Shown piece by piece: positions 35,610 through 43,974 of a stretch of 48,037 nt of DNA. A model generated the notes under the pieces. That model searched no databases and was not told the DNA's origin. It saw nothing but the letters and a program-made list of their open reading frames with translations. Numbering within the stretch: position 1 is the first letter of the stretch; each line of letters begins with the position of its first letter. Location: the NCBI GenBank assembly GCA_044236265.1, contig JBIIGV010000006.1, positions 1 to 48,037 on the forward strand, read 5' to 3'. The position numbers were made by a program, and so were the translations under genes. This DNA comes from Oligoflexales bacterium (GTDB taxonomy: Bacteria; Bdellovibrionota_B; Oligoflexia; Oligoflexales; RGVZ01).

Positions 35610-37283
35610 TCATTGGCGCAAACCAAAAAGGGCCTTAAAAATCTTCACGACCCAACCAATGACTCCGATCGGAGTACCCTCGGCGCGGTATACGACGGGT
35701 TTATTGTCGGGTGCGCGTCCAATTTTGCTTCCTGTGGCAGCAACTCTGCGATGAGGAGCCGTAGTCTCGTGGGTGCGAGCTTTTGGTTGAAATTTATCAC
35801 CGTCCTTGCGCAACTGTGACCGGTCTTTATCACCGTGCTTCGCCTTGCCGTGCAATGGCTCCTCGGGCTTGTGATCATGGTCCTTTTCACCGCGCCGTCC
35901 CCGGGGACCTCGTTCATCCTTGGAAAATGCCCCTTTGCGACCCTCTCGCTCCTTAGGTTCACGATAAAGCGCACCACCGGCGGCATAGGGATTACCCGCT
36001 ATGTCTTTGATCTCAAGAAAAGCGGGATCAAACCACTCGCCCTTGAGGTGAACTTGACTCCCAAGCATCTCCTGAATCGCCCGAATATTTTCCCCATAGT
36101 CTTCGCAAACAAGTGTGTACGAGCTTCCCTTGGCGCCAGCTCTAGCCGTACGACCAATTCGATGCACATAGTTGGCTGGATCATCAGGGACGTCGAAATT
36201 ATACACGTGACTGACCTTACTGATATGAAGACCTCGACTTGCTACATCTGTAGCAATGAGTGCTCGCACCTTGCCTTCTTTAATTCTCTGAATCAGCTGA
36301 ATGCGCTTTTTCTGAGGCAGATCACCCGTGATCAAGTCCACATCAATTCCATTCCCGCTCAGCTTATAGTGTAACCACTCAGCCGTCATTTTTGTGTTCG
36401 TAAAGATAATGGCACAAACGGGATTGTGTTCCTTAATAAGCCCAAGCATGACTCGTAACTTGTTAGATGAATCACAAATAATCGCATGCTGCTCGATAGC
36501 TTCGGGAGTAATTGTCTCCGGATTCACCGATATATAAGCAGGATGATTCAGGTATTCAAAGGCGAGTTCTTTGACATTGTCATTTGTCGTTGCTGAAAAC
36601 AGGAGCTTCTGGGATTCCTCTGGGATCTTATCAAGAAAGAACTCCACATCATCGATAAACCCCATATCGAACATTCGATCTGCTTCATCGCAGATGAAAA
36701 TCTTGACTTGAGTGAGATCGACCATCTTTCTCTGGTAAAAGTCTTTCAGGCGCCCTGGCGTTGCCACAATCATGCGCGGACCATCTTTGAACGCAGCCGC
36801 TTGTTTTTCAACGTCGACACCACCAAAAACCGGTACCGACTTAATATTCAGCAAAGACAATACACGCTTGGCGTCATCATCAATCTGCATGGTAAGTTCA
36901 CGAGTCGGCGTTAAAACCACAACTTCTGGAACTGCAACGTCTTGGCGCTTACGTTCTGGCGGAGACTCTTTATGCAACCTTTCTGCTACAGTGATAACGA
37001 AAACCCCAGTTTTTCCAGTTCCTGTCTGCGCAAAGCCAGCGACATCCCTGCCTTTAGTCGTCAAGGGAAGACACATGCCTTGGACAGGGGTGGGAGCCGT
37101 CCAGCCGATTTTTCGCACAGCAGTTGTAACATCCTCAGAGACTCCTGCCTCATCAAAAGTAGCCACTGGCGACGCTATTTCAGTGATCGCAGGCGAGGGT
37201 AGATTGACGTCCTCGATATCAGCTGCGTCTGAGTTAAATTCCTGATTTTCTAGATTCATTTTTGTATTTCTTTCATTATTCAC
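35610..37283 (-). CDS. rhlB: DEAD-box RNA helicase, RhlB-like (alternative start ATG 37259)
   Basis: GRDVAGFAQTGTGKT, PTREL, DEADRMFDMGF, SAT, RGLHI and YVHRIGRTAR motifs. Confidence 0.85.
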   Translation of the reverse strand: MNNERNTKMNLENQEFNSDAADIEDVNLPSPAITEIASPVATFDEAGVSEDVTTAVRKIGWTAPTPVQGMCLPLTTKGRDVAGFAQTGTGKTGVFVITVAERLHKESPPERKRQDVAVPEVVVLTPTRELTMQIDDDAKRVLSLLNIKSVPVFGGVDVEKQAAAFKDGPRMIVATPGRLKDFYQRKMVDLTQVKIFICDEADRMFDMGFIDDVEFFLDKIPEESQKLLFSATTNDNVKELAFEYLNHPAYISVNPETITPEAIEQHAIICDSSNKLRVMLGLIKEHNPVCAIIFTNTKMTAEWLHYKLSGNGIDVDLITGDLPQKKRIQLIQRIKEGKVRALIATDVASRGLHISKVSHVYNFDVPDDPANYVHRIGRTARAGAKGSSYTLVCEDYGENIRAIQEMLGSQVHLKGEWFDPAFLEIKDIAGNPYAAGGALYREPKEREGRKGAFSKDERGPRGRRGEKDHDHKPEEPLHGKAKHGDKDRSQLRKDGDKFQPKARTHETTAPHRRVAATGSKIGRAPDNKPVVYRAEGTPIGVIGWVVKIFKALFGLRQ

Positions 37284-37405
37284 ACAGTCGAAAACAGTGC
37301 GCCTATTTGCGCATTAAGGCCGAATACACTCATAAATTTCAGGAATTTGCCGATCCATCACCCGAAGCAACGAGTGTCGCGAAACGTTTATGTGAGGTCC
37401 TTCAC

Positions 37406-37804
37406 ATGGAAGAGCAAATTAAAACCGAAGATCAAAACTCTAACGAAAGTTCGGACACGCCTAACCCTAGTGAAAGTGCTTCCAGTGACTCGGTTGTAAC
37501 GGCGCCCTTACCGCAAAACCCTGACACTACTCAGGCGCCTCAGGATAGCGGAGAAACCAGCATAAATAAAGCGGAAGCAGCACCTTCCAGCACCCCTTGG
37601 AAGATTGATCTGCAAACATTTGAATCCAAGATGAATGGACTGCTTGCCACCAAAGAGAATATGAGGTTGGTCGCAATCAATGAAAAGATTCATTCTGCCT
37701 ACGCTTTAAGCTGGACAAGGGATTCTAATCACTATTTCCGACTCCTCTCTAACCTGCGTCGTAGACTTAATGATGTTACAGTCGGTGGGAAACACGTCGC
37801 CTAG
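37406..37804 (+). CDS. Hypothetical protein with a disordered N-terminus and helical C-terminus
   Basis: GAGG RBS before ATG 37406. Confidence 0.6.
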   Translation: MEEQIKTEDQNSNESSDTPNPSESASSDSVVTAPLPQNPDTTQAPQDSGETSINKAEAAPSSTPWKIDLQTFESKMNGLLATKENMRLVAINEKIHSAYALSWTRDSNHYFRLLSNLRRRLNDVTVGGKHVA

Positions 37805-37927
37805 ACGTGACTTGCAAATCGTAAACCCTTTAAAAAACTAGATTTTAAGCACTAGCCATGGCAACATAGTGGCTGGTTTCCTAGAATATTAAGACTCGGA
37901 ATTAAACCCCATAGGAGTACTCATTTG

Positions 37928-38755
37928 ATGAGAAATGTTGCACTTGGTTTAACCCTTAACAGTCTTCTTATCGGAGCATTAACGGCCAGTTGCGTTACCC
38001 CACAGCAAAAGCGCCAAATGGATGATGACATCTATCGCCTCCAAACCAAGGTCCTTGAACTTGAGTCTTCAATTAATCAGTCCAAATCAACTGATCAGAA
38101 AGTAGGCGAGGTCAACAACCGAACCATCGCGTCAACCTCATCTGATGTTGAGCGAATCGGAATCGAAGTCAAACGCATGAAGGGCGACATTGATGCTCTA
38201 AAAGTCGGCGTCCAAACCGGCCAAATGCCAGGACAAGAAGCGCCTCAAGAGGGATCCATCGCAGCCCAACTTACCGAAATAAAATCCAGACTGGAAGCGG
38301 TAGAAAGCCAGCAGAAAGAGCTACTTCAGTCTTTAGAAAAGGGCTCCCCCTCAGCCAAGAAAACCGCTGACAAGAAACCTCAGGGGTCAAAGTCAGCGGA
38401 TTTTGAAAGTTTAAAGACTGCATACGACCGCAAGCATTTCAAAGAGGTTGCTGAGGATGCTCCCAATGTCTTAAAAAAGGCGAAAGGTCGTGAGCGTGAG
38501 CAAACTCTCATGATGTACGGTGAGAGCCTGATGAAGCTGCAGCGCCCGAAAGAGGCCGCTCTTCAATTTAACGAACTGGTAGAACTTAAACCCGGAGAAA
38601 AGCAACTTGCTGTTGCAAAACTGCGGCTAGGTGATGCATTCAAAGCCATGGGTGATAAAGATACCTCGCAATTGTTCTATGAAGAGGTAGCCACCAAGTA
38701 CGCAGGAACAGCCGAAGGTGAGAAGGCAAAAAAAGCACTGAAGGCAAAGAAATAG
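37928..38755 (+). CDS. CpoB/YbgF-like coiled-coil plus TPR lipoprotein
   Basis: Lipobox TASC, a coiled coil, and C-terminal TPR LRLGDAF...YEEVATKYAGTAEGEKA. Confidence 0.8.
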   Translation: MRNVALGLTLNSLLIGALTASCVTPQQKRQMDDDIYRLQTKVLELESSINQSKSTDQKVGEVNNRTIASTSSDVERIGIEVKRMKGDIDALKVGVQTGQMPGQEAPQEGSIAAQLTEIKSRLEAVESQQKELLQSLEKGSPSAKKTADKKPQGSKSADFESLKTAYDRKHFKEVAEDAPNVLKKAKGREREQTLMMYGESLMKLQRPKEAALQFNELVELKPGEKQLAVAKLRLGDAFKAMGDKDTSQLFYEEVATKYAGTAEGEKAKKALKAKK

Positions 38756-38782
38756 TAGCCCGGCAAGCGGGCAGGGCCATCC

Positions 38783-39814
38783 ATGTTAATACTCGGGGTC
38801 GAATCAAGTTGTGACGAAACAGCACTTGCGCTGGTACGAGACGGACGTCACGTCGTTACATCTTTGATCGCCTCCCAGGCCGCTGTGCATGCAAAGTGGG
38901 GCGGCGTAATTCCAGAAATCGCGGCTCGCGAGCATCTTATTGCACTCAACAAAATGTACGATCAGCTAATCGACGAATCGGGAGTTTCGGCGAGCAGCAT
39001 TGACGCTATTGCGGTGAGTCAGGGGCCCGGACTTGTAGGGTGCTTACTCGTGGGAGCAGCTTTTGCTAAAGGCTTATCTCAAGCTCTTGGAAAGCTGTTG
39101 ATACCTGTCAATCACGTTCATGCCCACGTTTCTGGAGCGCTTCTTGGGATTGATGAGCCTCTTGAAAATATCTTTCCAACACTCTCTCTGGTTGTGAGCG
39201 GCGGTCACACAAATCTTTACTATATGAAAAATGCAACGCACTTCGAGCTTTTAGCTCACACGATGGATGACGCATGCGGCGAGTCATTCGATAAAGTTGG
39301 TAAAATGCTGGGCCTTCCGTACCCCGGTGGACCGCACGTTGAAGCCCTTGCAAAACAAGGGTTACCAGGCAAGCTGCAGATGCCTCGGATGGTAGAACGA
39401 AAAAGTTTGCTGACCTTTTCATACTCTGGCCTGAAAACCGCTGTGTCTCATGCAGTGAATCGCTCAAGCCAAACAGACACGACAAAAGCTGACATCGCTT
39501 ACTCGTTTCAAGAAGAAGCATTAGGCCAAATCGTTCGCAAACTGAGTTCAGCCATGACTTTAAGACCTGATGCGCGCAGTATCATCGTGGCGGGAGGAGT
39601 TGCGGCTAACAGTCGCTTTCGTTCAATGATGAGTGAAGCGTTCAAGATTCCTGTCTGGTTTCCATCGCTAAATTATTGCTCTGACAATGGCGCAATGATA
39701 GCCGCCATGGCATACTACCAACAGCAAGTTACCAGCGATGACTCAGGAGTCGACTGGGATGTATTCTCAAGATATCCATTCGAGCGTTATCTTGCCAAAG
39801 ACCTGAGTTACTGA
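38783..39814 (+). CDS. tsaD: tRNA t6A37 threonylcarbamoyltransferase
   Basis: ILGVESSCDET, HVHAH, VSGGHT, DDACGESFDK and SDNGAMIA motifs. Confidence 0.98.
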   Translation: MLILGVESSCDETALALVRDGRHVVTSLIASQAAVHAKWGGVIPEIAAREHLIALNKMYDQLIDESGVSASSIDAIAVSQGPGLVGCLLVGAAFAKGLSQALGKLLIPVNHVHAHVSGALLGIDEPLENIFPTLSLVVSGGHTNLYYMKNATHFELLAHTMDDACGESFDKVGKMLGLPYPGGPHVEALAKQGLPGKLQMPRMVERKSLLTFSYSGLKTAVSHAVNRSSQTDTTKADIAYSFQEEALGQIVRKLSSAMTLRPDARSIIVAGGVAANSRFRSMMSEAFKIPVWFPSLNYCSDNGAMIAAMAYYQQQVTSDDSGVDWDVFSRYPFERYLAKDLSY

Positions 39815-39824
39815 GGAGCAAACT

Positions 39825-40673
39825 ATGCGTCGTGGTTATGGCGATTTAAGTCAAGATGCCCACAGCTCCTCGCAAAAAATCTTTCAAAAAAAGAGCCTCG
39901 GCCAAGTGTTTCTGAACACTGATTGGCCCGTTAATCGAGTCGTTGAACAAGCTCAAGACCTAGGAATAAAGAAAGTCCTGGAAATTGGTCCGGGAAATGG
40001 AATTTTGACGACTGCACTTTCAAACGCAGGCATCACTGTCACTGCAATTGAAAAAGACGATCGCTTTGCCGCACGTATCAACGATTTAATTAAAAGTGGC
40101 AGTCTCCCAAATACAGACGTGATCAATGAAGATATTTTACAATTCGATCTAGGAGCTTGGATTTCAAGCAGCGGGAAAACACCTGTCGGGGTCGTTGGGA
40201 ATATTCCCTACAACATTTCAACTCCCATACTGATGTGGCTTCTGCCTCACCTGAAGTCGTTAAAAGGCGCCATATTCATGGTCCAACTAGAGTTTGCGCA
40301 AAGAGTCGTGGCACCGCCAGATAATAAAGATTACGGAAGCTTGAGTGTTTACTGCCAGCTTCGCTCGCACTGTGACTTCAACTTTCGGGTGGAGAAGACC
40401 TGTTTTACTCCGGTCCCAAAAGTTGACAGCGCCGTGATTACACTTCGTCCACGCTCGGATGAGCCGGCCCAAGGGAAACTCCTACAATACACGGAGACGA
40501 TTTGTCGCATCGCCTTCACGCAGCGTAGAAAGAAGCTGAGGAATGCTGTGCGCCCGTTCATGCGAGGTCGTCCAGACGAAGACTGCCCGATTGATCTCAA
40601 TCGAAGAGCCGAAACATTGACGCCTGACGATTTCGTCACTCTCGCAGCATTTCTATTTGCTGATAAAATCTGA
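39825..40673 (+). CDS. rsmA: 16S rRNA dimethyladenosine transferase
   Basis: KSLGQVFL, LEIGPG, GNIPYNIS, PVPKVDSA and QRRKKL motifs. Confidence 0.97.
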   Translation: MRRGYGDLSQDAHSSSQKIFQKKSLGQVFLNTDWPVNRVVEQAQDLGIKKVLEIGPGNGILTTALSNAGITVTAIEKDDRFAARINDLIKSGSLPNTDVINEDILQFDLGAWISSSGKTPVGVVGNIPYNISTPILMWLLPHLKSLKGAIFMVQLEFAQRVVAPPDNKDYGSLSVYCQLRSHCDFNFRVEKTCFTPVPKVDSAVITLRPRSDEPAQGKLLQYTETICRIAFTQRRKKLRNAVRPFMRGRPDEDCPIDLNRRAETLTPDDFVTLAAFLFADKI

Positions 40674-40715
40674 TAAAATTCCTAGGCTACATCTTTACTT
40701 ACAGGGGAGCGCATC

Positions 40716-41642
40716 ATGAGCGTTAAGTTTCTTATTTGCTTGCTTAGTTTTATGTCAGCCTTGGCTTTAGCTGATGACGAGGATGCGAGTGAACAGCAAA
40801 ATTATGACCTGATCCAGGAGTATTTTGAAAGTGCTCTTGATGACGAGGATGACTCTGACACCAATGCTACAGACAATAATCAGCTAGATCGCTTTGCACA
40901 GACTGACGAAAGCGAGAAAGCTACGGACGCGACGACAGCCACTCCGAGCGAAGAAACTCCAGCAGATGGAGCCGAGAAACCCAAGAAAAAAATAAAGAAG
41001 AAAAAGAAGAAGAAAAAATCATCCACCGATGAGCCAAGCGCCGAGCTTGGAGAAGGGCACGGATCGCAAGAAAGCGGTAAACCCTACTTTGCAAATGCAG
41101 ACATAGGACTAACGTATTCATCAAATGCGAAAACACGGAAATACTCCGACAAATCCCTGAAGGACACGGAAACGGAGATTAATCTCGATTTAAAGTATCT
41201 TTTTATCTTGGGAAAAATAGAGCTTGGACCGTTGCTGAAGTACAAGAACAACGCAACTAAAGAGCAATTAAGCGATAATCTTTCAGCGACCAAGGTAGAA
41301 ACAGCCATTGGGTTTGGGGCAGCTTTTTCACTTAATTTAGGCAACATTCACCAAGACAAGTTCGTCCCCTACGCAGGACTAAGTTTCTACCGTCTATCGG
41401 TCGCATCAACAACCAAAACAGATGGCTCCGCCGAATCAAAAGAATCTCAAACTGGCATGTCATCAGGAATCGAGCTAGGAGGCAAATTCTTCGTTGGGGG
41501 GCACGTTGCTCTAAAACCATTTCTTAATTTTGATCTCACCTTTAGTGGCGACGACAAAAGTGACGAAAGCGGGACAGAACTTGTGGCAAGTGTCTCGGGA
41601 ACGAATTTAGCTTTAGGCTTAGGAATGGCTACCTATTTCTGA
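40716..41642 (+). CDS. Outer-membrane beta-barrel protein with an acidic N-terminal region and a poly-Lys tract
   Basis: Signal peptide, amphipathic beta strands (PYAGL, GIELGGKFF) and a terminal Phe. Confidence 0.75.
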   Translation: MSVKFLICLLSFMSALALADDEDASEQQNYDLIQEYFESALDDEDDSDTNATDNNQLDRFAQTDESEKATDATTATPSEETPADGAEKPKKKIKKKKKKKKSSTDEPSAELGEGHGSQESGKPYFANADIGLTYSSNAKTRKYSDKSLKDTETEINLDLKYLFILGKIELGPLLKYKNNATKEQLSDNLSATKVETAIGFGAAFSLNLGNIHQDKFVPYAGLSFYRLSVASTTKTDGSAESKESQTGMSSGIELGGKFFVGGHVALKPFLNFDLTFSGDDKSDESGTELVASVSGTNLALGLGMATYF

Positions 41643-41647
41643 TCGAA

Positions 41648-42130
41648 TTATTTCTTGCCAGCGAACTCGATATACATTCCGTCGATGAAATACTCAGGCT
41701 GACTTCCGACAACAACTTTGCTGTCGGGAGCTCCATTCCAATTAAATTTATAAAAGTTTCGCCGACCGACGACTCGAAATTCTTCGAGCGTAATTTCCTC
41801 TCCCGCACGAGCACTACCGACGGCACTTGGTCTCTCTGTTGTTCCAAAATAAACCACTGGGATATCCTGACTTCCGTTTGAAGTTGCTAAAGGATTTGCT
41901 TTGAGTTTCCAAATGTATTTTTCCGGTTTTTCTGGAATCTCGAATGCCGGAACAAAACGCTCTGGACCTGTCGCCTGCCGTTTTGGAGGCTGCGGATAAG
42001 TATATTTACTTTTCATTCCTGGCATGGGAAGCGATTTACCTGGACCATAACTGGAGGATTGCGCCATCGACAAATTTGGAAGTGTAAAAAAGCCTGTGAG
42101 AGCCAAGACATAATTTGGCAACCTATTCAT
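41648..42130 (-). CDS. Hypothetical exported protein
   Basis: AAGGAGG RBS, signal peptide and Pro-rich linker. Confidence 0.7.
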   Translation of the reverse strand: MNRLPNYVLALTGFFTLPNLSMAQSSSYGPGKSLPMPGMKSKYTYPQPPKRQATGPERFVPAFEIPEKPEKYIWKLKANPLATSNGSQDIPVVYFGTTERPSAVGSARAGEEITLEEFRVVGRRNFYKFNWNGAPDSKVVVGSQPEYFIDGMYIEFAGKK

Positions 42131-42168
42131 GGATCCTCCTTCTTTCCCCAACAGAATCCTGATCGGAT

Positions 42169-42214
42169 AAAAAAAAGGTCCGCTTAACTAGGAAAATTTT
42201 TCCTATTAGCGGAC
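42169..42214 (-). terminator. Intrinsic terminator after the NifU-domain gene
   Basis: GTCCGCT...TAGGAAA/TTTCCTA...AGCGGAC stem followed by T8 on the minus strand. Confidence 0.6.
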
Positions 42215-42241
42215 ATCACTGCTTGATTTAGCAGCTTTGCG

Positions 42242-42463
42242 TTAACCCAGAACGACGTCTTTTACTTCAGGTAGCTTCTCTTTAAAGATAGGCACAATTC
42301 CATTGAACAATGTAATGTGACTCGATGGGCAGCCCGAGCAACCACCGAACAAACGGATCGTAACGACCCCGTCTTCAACGTCAATCAACTCACAACTTCC
42401 GGCGTGGAACGCCAGTTGAGGGTTAATGTCTTTTTCGATGATTTCCTTGATTTGATCAATCAT
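42242..42463 (-). CDS. Stand-alone NifU C-terminal (NfuA-like) Fe-S carrier domain
   Basis: INPQLAFHAG and RLFGGCSGCPSS motifs. Confidence 0.92.
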   Translation of the reverse strand: MIDQIKEIIEKDINPQLAFHAGSCELIDVEDGVVTIRLFGGCSGCPSSHITLFNGIVPIFKEKLPEVKDVVLG

Positions 42464-42763
42464 TGCCTATTGCTCCATTATTTAGCATCGGGGAGCAATT
42501 TAAATTAATTTAATACAAAGTCAATATCCTTTAAAATCAAGGCATTGGACCCACATTATCGTCAAATTCTCTATTTATTCTTTAAAATCAATGGCTTTGA
42601 GATATTTCGAGCGCCCGGACAAGGCAAACCAAACATAAAATCAAACCGATCGAAACTAAATAGAGCCAGAAGCGATCAGTATTGACGGCGCTGGCATCAC
42701 TTCCGAGCCAAAACGACTTGGAAAGGAGGCGAGATCGACCTGTGCCAATGGCGGGCTCTCGCT

Positions 42764-43681
42764 TCATAATCCCACAATCAGGCGATCAAGCATCAACGCT
42801 CCAAATACGCCAAATAAATAGAGACACGAATAATGGAACAACGGCATCGTTAATTTTGCATCTCGGGTGACCATGAGTCTCCAAGCCATCCAAACGAAAT
42901 ACAGCGTAAATGCCATTGCAAAAGTCATATATAAGGAACCGGCTGCTCCGAATACCCAGAGAGATGCCACGACGGGAACCAAGCTGACCGTGTACCAGAA
43001 CATTTGTTTACGGGTTTTTTCCTCACCGAAAACAACAGGCATCATGGGAATACCCGCAGCCGCGTAGTCGTCTTTATACTTTAGAGCTAACGCCCAAAAA
43101 TGCGGAGGCGTCCAAAGAAAGATGACTAGAAACAACATCCACGCTGGCCAACCAATTGAGGCGTCAACAGCGGCCCAACCAATCAGCGGACCGACTGCTC
43201 CTGCGGCACCGCCAATGACAATATTCTGGACTGTCCGACGCTTGAGGTACATCGAGTAAAACAGGACGTAAAAACCATTAGCTAACACAGCAATGACAGC
43301 AGCCAACCAAGTGGTCCACATCGCCAAAATCGCAACAGAAGACAAGCCAAGCACAGCAGCAAATATGATTGCAGTTGTACGATCAATGCGTCCACTAGCC
43401 ACTGGACGACGATAGGTGCGCGTCATACTTCGATCAATATCCGCATCAACCAAGTGATTGAACACTGCCGCTGATGAGGAGGCGAGCCAGGTGCCAACAA
43501 GACTCGCAAGTATTAAGCTCATGTGAGGAATTGTCGCTGGTGATGCAAGCAAAACGCCAGGAAAGACTGTGACGACAACCAACAATGTAATTGTAGGTTT
43601 TGTCATCTGAAAATAGTCGCGCCAGCTCGCCGTCAGTTGAGCTGGCTGAGACGCATCATACAAAACACTTGTCTGAGACAT
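42764..43681 (-). CDS. cyoE: Protoheme IX farnesyltransferase (heme O synthase)
   Basis: TKP, DIDRSMTRTYRRP, LKRRTVQNIVIGGAAGA and WTPPHFWAL motifs. Confidence 0.97.
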   Translation of the reverse strand: MSQTSVLYDASQPAQLTASWRDYFQMTKPTITLLVVVTVFPGVLLASPATIPHMSLILASLVGTWLASSSAAVFNHLVDADIDRSMTRTYRRPVASGRIDRTTAIIFAAVLGLSSVAILAMWTTWLAAVIAVLANGFYVLFYSMYLKRRTVQNIVIGGAAGAVGPLIGWAAVDASIGWPAWMLFLVIFLWTPPHFWALALKYKDDYAAAGIPMMPVVFGEEKTRKQMFWYTVSLVPVVASLWVFGAAGSLYMTFAMAFTLYFVWMAWRLMVTRDAKLTMPLFHYSCLYLFGVFGALMLDRLIVGL

Positions 43682-43696
43682 TCTTTAAACCGTCCA

Positions 43697-43843
43697 TCAC
43701 CAACGAGGGGTCCAGCCCACCCAGATCGGAAAAAATACACACAAAAAGAAAAGAGTAGGGAACATGAACATGATCAGCACCATAGCTAACCATCCTTTAC
43801 CCTCTCTACTGATGTCGCGATGCGGAACATTCTTAGTCGACAT
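43697..43843 (-). CDS. Unannotated 48-aa single-pass membrane microprotein
   Basis: Hand translation MSTKNVPHRDISREGKGWLAMVLIMFMFPTLFFLCVFFPIWVGWTPRW; GGAG upstream; ends 15 nt before the cyoE start codon. Confidence 0.65.
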   Translation of the reverse strand: MSTKNVPHRDISREGKGWLAMVLIMFMFPTLFFLCVFFPIWVGWTPRW

Positions 43844-43974
43844 AGTCTAACCATTCTCCGTCATAGAAGTTTTCACCTGAGCCAGGCTTTTATCATGGCG
43901 GCTTAGGATTAAAAAAGCAATTTCCAATCGGTTAGCTGAAAAATGGCATCGAAACGGCGGGATCGTCCTGGCTA

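Noticed and set aside
37859..37874. Sigma54-like TGGCAAC-N4-TGGCT upstream of the cpoB-like gene
   Set aside because: Mismatches in both boxes, and it lies within an imperfect palindrome; too weak to call.
42160..42187. Sigma28-like TTAAG...TCCGATCA upstream of 41648-42130
   Set aside because: The spacer is 1 nt too long, and the sequence is better explained as the terminator stem and T-tract.
42620..42760. GGCAAACC resembling the start of a c-di-GMP-I riboswitch
   Set aside because: The downstream GAAA hairpin and GACGCAAAG elements are missing, and it points away from the flanking genes.
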